From assembly GCF_009834535.1 (NCBI RefSeq), contig NC_045697.1:82710001-82774000 (forward strand): 64,000 nt of DNA, given 5' to 3'. Positions 26,306-39,114 of this stretch are shown here, one piece after another (the first letter of the stretch is position 1; every line of letters begins with the position of its first letter). Origin of the DNA: Camelus ferus (taxonomy: Eukaryota). The notes under the pieces are model-generated. The model ran no database searches, was not told the origin of the DNA, and saw only the letters and a program-made list of their open reading frames with translations. A program made the position numbers and the translations under genes.

Positions 26306-29300
26306 ATGAATTTTATAAAAAAAATAAAAACTAAACTTTATATTGCTGGTTTACAGGTTAAATTTAGGCTCACAGTAGATGTTTCTCACAGCTGCCATTT
26401 GCTTGTGTGTCATGAATTCCTAAATTTAAAACTTAAAAGAGGGACAGGTGTAGAGTTTAGCATATGCCCTAAGACTCAGTTTTGTACATTCTCCTAACCT
26501 CCAGAAAGAAAAAGGAATTCATTAAGAGGCTTTCAAATCTATTGTATTTTGCATAAACAAAAGCTTAAATAAAAATACGATTATGGGGGGATATTTGGCA
26601 ATTGAGCAATCAGTTTCATTTAATTAATCTATCTATACTTGTATTAACTAAGAAAATATACATCAGGTCATACAAGAAGGTTTCTGTATTCTCTCTCTTA
26701 CAGGCCATATAAAGAGAAAATATTTTGAGAGGCTAAATCTCTGGAAAACATCTACATCCGATTTGTATCTATAAACTGAACATAGTTATCTATCTCTTCC
26801 CTTTTCTTCTCACGTACACCTGGTGTTCCCTCTCCCCATGCACACACTGTCTTACCAATCCACTCAGTAATTCCCAAATATCAGATCTGGCTAAATATTT
26901 TAGGTAACAGATTAGCTATACTAGTTAAAACTAGCTATAATGGTTGTACGTAGTGTGCATATGTTATGTCCAAGAGAAAAACAGCTTGCTTTAAGGAATA
27001 TTTAATACAATATTCCTCCATCCAGAATTATTTTTCAATTGTTATCTAGAGAAATTACTTATTCATTAAATCTCAACTCAAGCGTCACATTTCCTGGGAC
27101 AATTCTCCTCACTTCTCTACACACAGTAAGTACCACTTCTCCTAATGTCTACTCTTGTAGCTCTCAGTATGTCCTTGGTGGCGGCTTCCAATCAGGACTG
27201 CGGGATGCTTACAGATGGGACTTTCATCATCTCAGTGTCCACAACATCTGGATTAGTCACTGAATTTTCCTAAATACTCAATGAAGTTATAGAAAAAAAT
27301 ATTATAAAATATTAAATGTTTATATTAAATGAACTGTCAAAATCAGCATTTTATTGTTCTAGTTATAAAAAAGAAGGGAAAGAATAGAGGCCTTAAAACA
27401 ATTTGATACATAGTTATGTATAGCCTGAGGCACATTGAAAAATGTGAGAAAAAATGTGATTGATAGATAAATATTTTACTATTCTTGGGATACTCATTAT
27501 TGGGGGTACATTTTTATAATATTTTGATTATATTTGGTATTTGTCTTTATATATTGAACATCATATTAAAAAACCTCCACTACCATCCAATCATTCAGAA
27601 TCTGAATCTCTTTATGGAAATGTGAGTTATATTGGTCAAAAAAATTTCATTGGGATTTAGGGGGGAAAAAGCATTACCAGGTAGTGTCTTCTGTGAAAAC
27701 CATCATTGGCCATATTTTTATCAGCAATGTCGAAGAATAACTAACTCAAAGATGTGAAGTTAGAGTACAGCTGAATATTCTCCTATCCCAAAGATATCAA
27801 CTAGGTATAGTTTATATCTGTAATTATAGGCATATGTAATGTACATAAAGGCAAAATTCAGTCTATGGAAAAGGGAGTGTTCCATTTTGTTGATGAACTT
27901 TTGGCAGAAAGCTCTTGAGGAAGGCACTTAACTCTTCAACAAGCCAACAGACTTATCAGGGAAAGTAGCTTGAGCTCATTATGGGTTTCCCAGTATGGTT
28001 TCACAGAGGAAGAACTGACACTATTTTTTGATCTGTGAAGGCAAGAACAAAAGCTTCTTCCTATTAGTGCCTCCCCCAAGTTAGGTCACGCCTGCACCAT
28101 TCTCCTCAGGCTTCATTCTCAGCAAATATGCTCCAATCAGACAACTGAGAGGTATAGGAGTAACTTTACCGATGATAGTACTTATTGGTATTTACGATTA
28201 TTTCTCTTTATGTGAAATAAAAATTTCCATAATAAAATCACTCTATTTCACCACTGAAACTGTAATCCCAATATTTAGTGCCAAAGTCGATAATTTATGG
28301 AAACAATTTCCTACTGATCTCTATGTCTTATTAGCTTCTAATTTAAAGACAAAATTAGATGATTCCAGTTCAAAATGGTGATGTGGGAAGATCCTGAACT
28401 CACTTCCTCCCACAAACACAATGAGTCTACAGCTACAAAGAGATCAATTTCCTCTTAAGAACACCTAAGTCTGGCTGAATGGTAACTGTACATTAGGCAA
28501 ACGAGAAGAAAGCCACACTGAAGTAGAGAAGACAGGTTGAGACACAATCTTGCCGTAAATCTATGCCACCCCTGGTACAGCAATCCCACAAAAAGAGGGA
28601 ACTCAGAACCCAGAGCTTCTCTCTTAGGAGTGGAGGGTTCAAAGCCTATATAAAGCACCCCAACTTTTAAGACATACACTTGAGAGATGAACTCCCAAAA
28701 CATCTAATTTTGAAAACCAATGAGACTCTCATCCTGAAACCCACAAGACTATACAGTCTGAGAAACTGCTCTTAAAGGGCTCTTGAACTCAGACTCACAC
28801 AGAGACCTCACACAGTGGGAGCTAACTTCATGCTTATCCTCTGCAATGATCCACAGCACCAGTGTCTCCTGGAGGGGAGTTTTACACACATCTGATGCCC
28901 TATTTGTTGCAGCTTCCCCCCAAGGGACACCTTTTGATCATGTCTCTGGTGGCTGAGGAAGCTTTCATTCCTGGTTGCACTGGATTGTGGCAATGGTAGA
29001 GGCGATTCTTGGCAGGCTAATCCCTCAAGACACTTCACAGACAGTGGACTGAGGCACAGTCCCCAATCTTTCTGTGAAAGAGGCCTCTTTGCTTGTCCTG
29101 GAGCTTTGGTCTGAGGGGCAGGCTTCAGACTTGGCACACATTTAGTGGCCTAGGGAGCTGCTCTCAAGGAACGTAGGCTGTGAATGCCATCCTGGCACTC
29201 TCCCTCTGCCTTGCTCCAGTTCACCAGTATCACCCAGAAAAGAGCACATACATTCGTTTGGAATCACGATCTCTGTGACTGCTACCCAGGACCACCTCCA

Positions 29301-30960
29301 GATGGCGTGGCTCTGATGGACAATGGATCTTATGCTTGAAGTCCTACAGTACTGTACATATTCACATACTTTTAAAAGCTGATGCCTGAGGGTCTGGTTT
29401 CCCAACAGCCTGAATCTAGGTGCTGAGATTCTCCTGTATGGGACACTGACAGGTCTTAGCACATCCTCAATTTCCAGGAGCTATTAAAAATACAATAGCC
29501 TGCTTGGACAAGCACAAAGGTTTGGGGGACAGTCAAGAGCTGAGGCGGAGTTTAATGACGAGGTTCATCTCCCACACAAGGCCACTCCTTCAAGCCTGGG
29601 AGAGAGAGTTGTTTCATTGACTAGATAGAAACCAACACAGAGAGTTAAGCAAAATGAAGAAACGGAGGACTATGTTTCAAGTGAAAGAACAAGATAGAAC
29701 ATCAGAAAAATTCTTAATAAAATGAAGAAAAATAATTTGCCTGATAAGGAGTTTAAAGTAATGGTCATAATGATACTTAACCAAATTGGGGAGAAGAACA
29801 GATGACCACAGTGAGAAATTCAACAAAGAGATGAAAAATATAAGAAAGTACCTAACAGAAGTCACAGAGGTGAAGAATACAATAATTGAGCAGAAAAATA
29901 CACTAAAGGTTTTAATCAGCAGACTAGAGGAAGCAACAGAAAGGATCAGTTGACTCAAAGACAAAGCAGTGGAACTCACTCAATCAGAGCATGCAAAAAA
30001 AAGGTGGGGGGAAGAATTTTAAAAGCAAAGATTGCATAAGGAACTTATAGGACAACATCAAATGGACTAACATATGCATTATAGGACTTCCAGAAGGAGT
30101 GGACAGAAAGGGACAGAAATCTTATTTGAAGAAATAATGGCTGAAAACTTTTCTAACCTGAGAAAAGAAGGACATCCAGATTGAGGAATCCCAGAGAGTT
30201 TCAAGTAAGAGGAACCTGAAGAGACACACACCAAGACATATTACAATAAAAAGTCAAAAGTTAAAGATGAGGAGATAATATTAAAAGCAGCAAGAAAAAA
30301 ACAGCTTGTTACATACAAGCAGCCCCCCATATGACTATCAGCAGACTTTCAGCAGAAATGTCACAGACCAGAAGGGAGTGGCACCATATTTTCAAAGCAG
30401 AGAGAAGAAAATATTCAGCTAAGAATACTCAGCAAAGTTATCACTCAGAAGTGGAGAGAGAGAATTTTTCAGACAAGGAAATATTAAAGCAGTTCATCAT
30501 CACTAAACTGGCTCTACTGGAAATGTTAAAGGGACTTTTTTAAACTGAAAAGAAAGGGTGCTAACTAGTAATAAGAACACACATGAAGAAAACAAATCTC
30601 ACAGGAAATGTAAATATACAGTGAAGGTAGTAGATTAATCACTTTTAAAGCTAGTATAAATGTTAAAAGACAAAAGTAGTAAAAGATAACTATGATTACA
30701 ATAATTAGTTAAGGGGTATACAATATAAGAAGATGTAACATGTAACATCAAAAACATAGTGTTTAGGGGAAGAGTAATAATAGTGAGCTTTACAATGGGA
30801 TTAAACTTAAGTTGTTATCAACTTAAAATAGACTGCTATAGGTAATAACTTGTTATATATAAGTCTCATCATAAACACAAGGCAAAAACTTATAGTAAAA
30901 ACACAAAAGATAGAAAGGAATATAAGCATACCACTAAAGAAAGGCATCAAAACACAAAAT

Positions 30961-31130
30961 TTCTTCTGTATAGCACAGGGAACTATATTCAACATCTTGG
31001 AATAATCTTTAATGAAAAAGAATATGAAAATGAATATGTATATATATGTATGACTGGGACATTGTGCTGTACACCAGAAATTGACACATTGTAACTGACT
31101 GTACTTCAACAATTAAAAAAAAAAAAAAAA
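30961..31130 (+). mobile_element. Short young L1 3'-end insertion nested in the older L1
   Basis: CTGTATAGCACAGGGAACTATATTCAA...TGTAACTGACTGTACTTCAA plus A tail. Confidence 0.8.
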
Positions 31131-33654
31131 CCAAAGGGAAAAAGCAAGAGAAGAAGAAAAGGGCAGAGAGGAACTAAAAAACCAGAGAAGAAGAAATATT
31201 ACAACTGACACCACAGAAATATAAAGGACCATAACACTACTATGAACAGTGATATGCCAGCAAATTGGACAATCTAGAAGAAATAGATAAATTTTTAGAA
31301 ACATATAAGCTACCAAGACTGAATTAAGAAGAAATACAAAATTTGAACAGACCAGTTACTAGTGAGTAGATTAAAGGAGTAATCAAAAACCTCCAACAAA
31401 CAGAAGTCCAGGACCAGACAGCTTCAGTGATGCAGTCTATCAAATATTCAAAGAATTCATGTTGATGCTTCTCAAAATCTTCCCCAAAAAAGTAAAGAAG
31501 GGAACTCTTCAAAACACATTTTATGCAGCCAGCATTACCCTGATACCAAAATCAGACAAGAATGCCACAAAAGAAAATTACAGGCCAATATCCATGATGA
31601 ACACAGACACAAAAATTCTCAACAAAATATTAGCAAACCAAATGCAGCAATACATAAAAAGAATTATATACTATGATCAAGTGGGATTTATTCCAGGAAT
31701 TCAAGGGTGGTTCATCATCCATAAATCAGTCAGTGTAATAAATCATATTAAGAAGACAGGAAATAAACATCATATGATCAATTCAATTGATGCAGAAAAA
31801 ACATCTGACAAAATTCAACATATATTTATGATAAAACTCTCAGTAAAGTGGGTATAGAGGAACATACTTCAACATGATAAGGGCCATACATGACAAGTCC
31901 ACAGCTAACATCATACTTACCTGTGAAAAGCTGAAAGCTTTTCCTCTAAGATCAGGAATAAGACAAGGTGCCCACTATCACCATTTTCATTCAACATAGT
32001 ATTGGAAGTCCTAGACACAGCAATTGGATAAGAAAAAGAGATAAAAAGGCAACCAAATTGAAAAGGAATAAGTAAACATCACTATTTCCAGATGCCGTGA
32101 TACTATATATAGAAAACCATAAAGACTCCACCAAAAAAATATTGCAACTAATAAATGAATTCAGTAAAGTTGCATGATATAAAATCAATAAACATAAACC
32201 TATTGCATTTCTATACACTATTAACAAGCTTCCTGAAAGAGAAATTTAAAAAAAAAAATCCCATTTACAATTGAATCAAAAAGAATAAAATACCTAGGAA
32301 TAAATTTAAACACAAAGCTGAAAGACCTGTTCCCCAAAGACTGCAAGACTTTGATGAAAGAAACTGATGAAGATACACATAATTGGAAAGGTAGTCCCTC
32401 CTCATGGACTGGAAAATTATTACTGTTAAAATGTCCATGCTACTCAAAGCAATATGCAGATTCAGTTCAATCCCTATGAAAATACCAGTGTCAGTTTTCA
32501 CAGAAATAGAAGAAACATTCCTAAAATTTGTATGGGACTAAAAATGATTCTGAACAGTCAAAGCAATCTTAAGAAGAATGAAAAAGCTGGAAGCATCATG
32601 GTCCCTTAGTTCTAACTATATTGCAAAGCTTTAGTAATTAAAACAGTATAGTATTAGCATTAAAACAGGTTCATAGATCAATGGGATAGAGTGGACAGCC
32701 CAGAAATAAACACACATAAATGGTCCATTAACTTACGACAAAGGAGCCAAGAGTATATAACGGAGAAAGGACAATCAATAAATAATGTTCAATAAATGAC
32801 ATTTGGAAAACTGGACAACTACGTATAAAAGAATGAAACTACACCATTTTCTTATACCATCTGCAAAAATTAACTCCAAATTGATTAAATACTTGAACAT
32901 AAGACATGAAACTTTAAAAGTCCTTATAAGAAAACACAAGCAGTAAGCTCCTTGACATAGGTCTTGGTGATGATTTTTTGAATCTGATACCAAAAGCAAA
33001 AGAAACAAATATAAAAATAAACAATTTAGACTACAGTAAATGAAAAAGTCTCTGCAGCAAAGGAAACTATCAAGAAAATGAAAAGGCAACCTACTGAATG
33101 GAAGAAAATATTTTCAAGTTATATATACGATAAGGGGCTAATATTTAAATATATAATAAACTCATACATCTCAATAGCAAAAAAGCAAACAATTCAATTT
33201 TTTTAAAAAAAGCAGAGGTCTGAATAGATATTCTCCAAAGAAGACATACAGATGACCAACTTGCACATAAAACATGCTCTACATTATTAATTATCAGGGA
33301 AATGCAAACAAAACAATGAGATATTATCTCACACCGGTTAGAATGGCTATTATCAAAAAGACGAGAAATAACAAGTGCTATTAAAATGTGGAGAAAAGGG
33401 AGCCCTTTAGAACTGTTAGTGGGAATATAAATAGGTATAGCCATTGTGGAAAAAGGTACGGAGGCCCTTCAAATATATAAAGGTAGGACTGATGTATAAT
33501 CCAGCAATTTCACTTCTGGGTATTTATCCAAAGAAAACACTAATTTGAAAAGATACATGCACCTCCAGGTTCACTGCAGCATTATTTACAAGAGCCAAAA
33601 CATGAAAATAATTCAAATGTCCATCAATGGATGAATGGATAAAGAAAATGTGAG

Positions 33655-33660
<6 letters not shown>

Positions 33661-33709
<49 letters not shown>
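33661..33709. repeat. (AC)n microsatellite, ~24 units
   Basis: Direct reading. Confidence 0.97.
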
Positions 33710-33713
<4 letters not shown>

Positions 33714-34829
33714 AACATACACACAATGGAATATTATTCAGCCATAAGAAATAAAATCATGTCCTTAGCAAAAACATGAAAGGACCTCAAGGGCATTATT
33801 TTAAGTGAAATAAGTCAGATGGAGAAAGACAAATACTGTATGATCTCTCCTATATGTAGAATCTAAAACAAACAAACCCAAATCATATATACAAAAATGA
33901 GATTAGTTCTTGCCAAAGCTGGGGGAAGAGAATGAGAAATGGGTGAACTATTTTTGTTTTTTGGTTTTCTGTTTTTAGTTTAAACAAATTAACTTCAAAA
34001 ATTTCTAAATTAAAGTGCTCTTAAAATATCTTTATTATTTAATTCCCCTGAATAATTTTGGTAGTGCTTCACATTTTGGTAATTTAAAAGCCTGATAATT
34101 CTAACTTTCATTTAAAACTTCTCAAATTTGATTAATCTAAATTTCAGCCAACATTTCCTTTTCTTTATTTCCCACACTCTAATTAGATTTCTCAGTGGCC
34201 TCTGGCCATGACCTATGCATTTACTCTCTGAGCCTTGGCTTATGCTATGCTATTTATCTGAGAGGAAATTCTCTTGATTACACAGACAGACTAATTAAAC
34301 CATCCCCCTTTGAATTTCTACAGAACTCTTTTTATGTGCAACTAATTTGACACATAATCTACTGCCAGTACAACTGATTTTCTTTGTAATTGTGTAAGAT
34401 TTTTTTAAAATTAGATTTTAAATAAATTAGAGAGAGAAAGAAAATCTTAGAAGTTTACCCATATTAAATATACCATAGATTTTGTACAAACCAGAACTTA
34501 TATTTTTCCATGAAAATCTCTTTTCTATACCCTTTATAACATATCTCAAAATTATTTCTTCCTTTTTACTAACATTCCTGTCTCTAGAAACCACTTGTTT
34601 CTGAAAATTGTTTCTCATGAGGAATGCTAAAAGTACAGATTAAACAGCTTTTACATATTTTCATCTTTCCTAATTAATAAGAAAAACCAAAACCAAAGCT
34701 TGAATGTTAGAGCTCCAAATAATTGTTTTAAGCTTATGACCATCAAAATATTTGCTTCTCTTAAACATGATAATTTTCTCATACTTCTTGTTGCATATGA
34801 ATTCTGAAAACTGCACCAGTTCTCCATCC

Positions 34830-35200
34830 TTCCCTGTTATTATGTGAATTACAATGTCGCTTTGCTTGAATCTAGGCTAACCCTGTGACTATTGGCCCAT
34901 GGAAGGCAGCAGGACCGACAGCACACCATTTGTCATCCAGGCCTCAACAGGCATTGCCACCACCATGTGAACAAGGCTGATCTGGATGGCTAGAGGATGG
35001 GAGACTATGGGAAGCTAAACCGTGTCCTTCCAATCAGGCCATCACCAAATCAGCCAAACCACAGGGAGCAGGCCAAACAGTAAAATGGACTGGGGAGCTC
35101 CTGCAAGGAGCAGTAGTATCTGGCAACATTTGTCCAGTGGGATTTCAGAATTGAGAGGAACTAGTGATAGCTGAGTATCTTATATTTGCCCTTTCAAATG
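34830..35200. mobile_element. Degraded MaLR (MLT1) LTR
   Basis: CCCTGTGACT...CACCATGTGAACAAG...GGCTAGAGGATG motifs. Confidence 0.45.
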
Positions 35201-36269
35201 TGACAGCCCACCAAAAGTGATAAGCACAATATTAGGATAACAATCTGTATTAGCAAGTCTTCTTTGTCATACAATTATTTTAAGATTACATTCATACACT
35301 AGTTCCTGGTCAGATGTCACTTGAACAGCTTTTGATATTTATTTCTTTATCTTATGTTTTTCCAAGGAATACAGTTCTATTTATTCAATTCATCTTTATA
35401 ACATGAGCTTTCCTACCTTCATCATCATATATACCTCATTCTGGACACATGTGTCACTGTCTCTCTTAACCCACAATGCCCAGAACATAAAGTCAGCCAG
35501 ACATCCTCTGATAGGAGTACAAGTTCAAAGGAAACTATTTTATTTCCTTTTCTTTTTTCTTTTTTATACTGATGGCTTATTGAATTTTTTCCACCTGAAA
35601 ATTCATAATTAGGCCAAGGTTCTCATTGATCGTTATCTGCAGTTGCTGTGCAAACAAACTAGAACCAGAGTTTCTGTTCATCCATGCACAGTCCCACTAT
35701 TTTATTTTTGCACCAAGTTATAGACTGAATAGAGCTTTTAAGCATTTTGCCTATATACCCATATTCTTTTGCTTTTCTTGGTGGAAAAGGATGATAAAAT
35801 AAATATGTTGGCTTTTAAAGTATTTAATGAGCACAGGGTCAAGACTGAGCCCTGAATCACATCCCTGGAGACATCTGCAGATACCAACATTGATGTGTTT
35901 ATTTATACAATTTGGATGTGGTTGCTGTAACAGATGTTAATTTATCTAACTCATTTGAGATCTTCACATTTCTACCTCCCAGACAAAATAATCTCTTGAA
36001 GAACTTTGCCAAACATCTGACAAAAATAGATATATGATGTTTATATTATGTTCCCAAATTTATAACCTAACAAACACTCTATTATAAAAAGAATTAGATT
36101 AATTTCATAGGGCTAATTTTTATTCATAGTAAACCTATAATTATAACTCATCACTAACCAATATATTGCCAATGGGTTCATAATCATTGGGTTAAACATG
36201 GCACCCGTATTTGTAAAAGGGAATCTCTATGGTCATCTAGACAATGAATGATCCATGCACAGTGTGACA

Positions 36270-36705
36270 AATGCTGCTAGTTACATCCTAAAATGTATCC
36301 TCTTTTTTTAAACTATAACTAGACTCCTTTTACAACCTCCCTTGCAATTAATCATTGTCATATGACTGAGTCTTAATCTACGAAATGTGAGCAGATGTGA
36401 CATCCACTATGTAAGAGCACAGTCTTTAAGAGAATGTGTTTATTTCCTTCAGTTCTGGGTGGGGATGATGGGTGGGAAATAGGGCTCTTGGAATGACAGA
36501 GCCACATCACAGAGGCACCCTGCACCTGAGTCACCACACTGAGAACAATAATTTTCCAGTGAGAAACATCTGCTTTTAGAGAGAGAGAGTTGAACAAAGT
36601 ATGTGTGTTTGTGTGTGTGTATGTGTGTGTGTCTATGGGTAAGAGATTGGATCTCAAGTCATTATTTAATTTGAGGCTATTGTTACAGAAATGAAGTTAA
36701 CCAAA
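36270..36705 (+). mobile_element. Degraded MLT1 LTR
   Basis: CCTCCCTTGCAATTA...CATATGACTGAGT...AATGTGAGCAGA...GTTACAG. Confidence 0.55.
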
Positions 36706-37044
36706 TAATGTCATTTGAATCCTTTATATATCTTCTCTACCAAAAGATTTTGGCTCATGCTTAAGGAATTTATTGATCAAATTCTTAATTCCTCCAATGG
36801 ACACATTTAATTAATGCAAAGCCCAGAATATGAGAAAAAGAAAGTTCTTTGCTATTCTGAAATACATCCACATAGTGATTTTCTAAAATATTTTCTTTTT
36901 CACAAGTCAGCCCTTTATATAAAGTTATGCTTAGCTTCCTATGTAGTGTTCCAGGGTCTAGCTGAACAACGACTGAATGTTTAGGTATAAGGGAAGCAAT
37001 GAGACTAGGTTCTGAACTCACATTGCACATTCTCCTCCAATTCC

Positions 37045-37460
37045 ATATATATGGGGAGAGAGAGAGAGAGAGAAATTGTCTAAGGAATTGGCTCAAAATC
37101 TCAAGATCTGCAGTTGGCAAGCTGGAGACCCAGGAGAGCTGATGGTGGAGTTTCACTCTGAAAGCCATCAGGCTCAAGACTCAGGAAGAGCCAATGTTTT
37201 AGCTGAGTTTGAAGGCAGGAAAAAAAAAATCGATGTCTCAGCTTGAAGGCAGTCAAGCAGAAGAAATTCCATCCTGTCAGGGGAGATTCACTCTTTTATT
37301 CTAGTCAGGTCTTCAACTGTTAGGATGAAGCCCACCCACATTATGAAGAACAACCTGCTTTATTCAGTGTATCAATTTAAATGTTGAAATCATCCAAAAA
37401 CACCCTCACAGACACAGAATAATGTTTGACTAAACATTGGGCACTCTGTGGCCAATCACA
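37045..37460 (-). mobile_element. MLT2 (ERVL) LTR
   Basis: AAGGAATTGGCTCA...AAGATCTGCAGTTGGCAAGCTGGAGACCCAGGAGAGCTGATGG...CCCACCCACATT; preceded by a (GA)n tract. Confidence 0.8.
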
Positions 37461-38062
37461 GTATGTATGGTATGAGACATAGGCATAACTCAGGGACATT
37501 GGAAGTTCAGCTCCAGATCACCATAATAAAGTGAATATCACAATAAAGTGAGTCACACAAATTTTTTGGTTTCCTAGTGTATATAAAAGTTATGTTCATA
37601 CTGTAGTCCAGTAAGTGTGCAATAGCATTATGTCTAAAAAACAATGTACATACTTAATTAAACATATTTTATTGCTAAGAAGTGCTAACCATCATCTGAG
37701 CCTTCAGCAAGTCATAATCCTTCTGCTGGCAGAAGGTTTTGCCTTGATGTTGAGGGCTGCTGACTGGTCAGGGTGTTGCTTGCTGAAGTTTGGGATACCA
37801 CAATGATTTTTTACAACAAGACAACAACAAAGTATACTGCATTGACTCACTCTTTCATGAACGATTTCTTTGAAGCATGCAATGCTGTTTGATAGCATTT
37901 TACTCACAGTAAAACTTTCAAAGTTGGAGTCAGTTCTCTCAAAATCTGCTGCTGCTTTATCAACCAAGTTTACGTTATTTTCTAAATCTTCTGCTGTTAT
38001 TTTAACAATAGTCAAAGCGTCTTCACCAGGAGTAGATTCCACCTCAAGAAACCACTTTCTTT

Positions 38063-38152
38063 CTTTTTTTTTTTTTTTTTGTACACCAGAGATTGACACA
38101 TTGTAATTGACTGTACTTCCATAAAAAATTTAAAAACTAATAAAATTTAAAA
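38063..38152 (+). mobile_element. Tiny L1 3'-end insertion with 5' poly-T and 17-bp TSD
   Basis: AAGAAACCACTTTCTTT at 38046-38062 and 38153-38169. Confidence 0.8.
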
Positions 38153-38506
38153 AAGAAACCACTTTCTTTTCTTATCCATAAGAAGCAACTCCTCATCCAT
38201 GAAGCTTTTATCATGAAATTGCAGCAATTCAATCACATCTTCAGTGTCTACTTTTACTTCTAGTTCTTGTGCTATTTCCACCACAACTGCAGTTAAAATA
38301 CAAACACTAAACAGCACTAATCACTGATCATCATAGCAAATATAATAACAATGAAAAAAGTTTGAAATGTTGTGAGAATTGCCAAAATGTGTTGCAGAGA
38401 CATGAAGTAAGCACATTTTGTTGGAAAATGGTCCCAACAGACTTGCTCAGTACTTGGTTACCACAACCTTCAATTTGGGGAAAAAAAAAACAACACATTA
38501 TTGCAA

Positions 38507-39114
38507 GGAACCCTAATTCTAAAAGACACCTACACCCCAATGTTCATAGCAGCACTATTTACAATAGCCAGGACACAGAAATAGCCTAAATGTCCATCAA
38601 CAGATGACTGGATAAAGAAGATGTGGTATATTTATACAATGGAATACTACTCAGCCATAAAAACTGACAACATAACACCATTTGCAGCAACATGGATGCT
38701 CCTGGAGAATGTCATTCTAAGTGAAGTAAGCCAGAAAGAAAGAAAAATACCATGTGACATTACTCATATGTGGAATCTAAAAAAAATAAGAGAAGAAGGT
38801 AAATTAATTTAAATATAAAACAGAAACAGACTCATAGACATAGAATACAAACTTGTGGTTGCCAGCGGGGAGTGGAAGGGACAGACTGGGAGTTCGAGAT
38901 TTGTAGATACTGACAGGTATACATAGAATAGATAAACAAGTTTATACTGTATAACACAGGGAAATATATACAAGATCTTGTAGTACTCATGGTGAAAAGG
39001 AATATGAAAATGAATATATGTATATTCATGTATGACTGAAAAATTGTGCTGTACAACAGAAACTGACACAACATTGTAAACTGACTATAACTCAATAAAA
39101 AAAGAAGAAAATAT
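38507..39114 (+). mobile_element. Young 5'-truncated LINE-1 nested in Tigger1
   Basis: ORF 38621..38812 MWYIYTMEYYSAIK...ATWM.LE..ILSE.SQ (ORF2 end); ATTATTGCAA duplicated at 38497-38506 and 39115-39124. Confidence 0.92.

Larger units (their letters stand above)
28360..34000 (+). mobile_element. Near full-length but decayed LINE-1 (5' UTR, ORF1, internally deleted ORF2, 3' UTR)
   Basis: 5' end CAAAATGG...GAAGATCCTGAACTCAC; ORF1 remnants ~29654-30543 (LLEMLKGL*); RT remnant ORF 31459..31857 (ASITLIPK...[19 protein letters not shown]...[12 protein letters not shown]); ORF2 C-terminus to ~33800. Confidence 0.92.

Noticed and set aside
26075..26497. 140-aa ORF
   Set aside because: Starts within a solo LTR and runs into AT-rich flank; no recognisable domain.
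31459..31857. Reverse-transcriptase ORF as a functional or domesticated gene
   Set aside because: A short open stretch in an L1 with many stops and frameshifts.
37704..38099. Transposase-like ORF as a TIGD-type domesticated gene
   Set aside because: Frameshifted Tigger1 remnant interrupted by an L1 insertion, with most of the transposase deleted.
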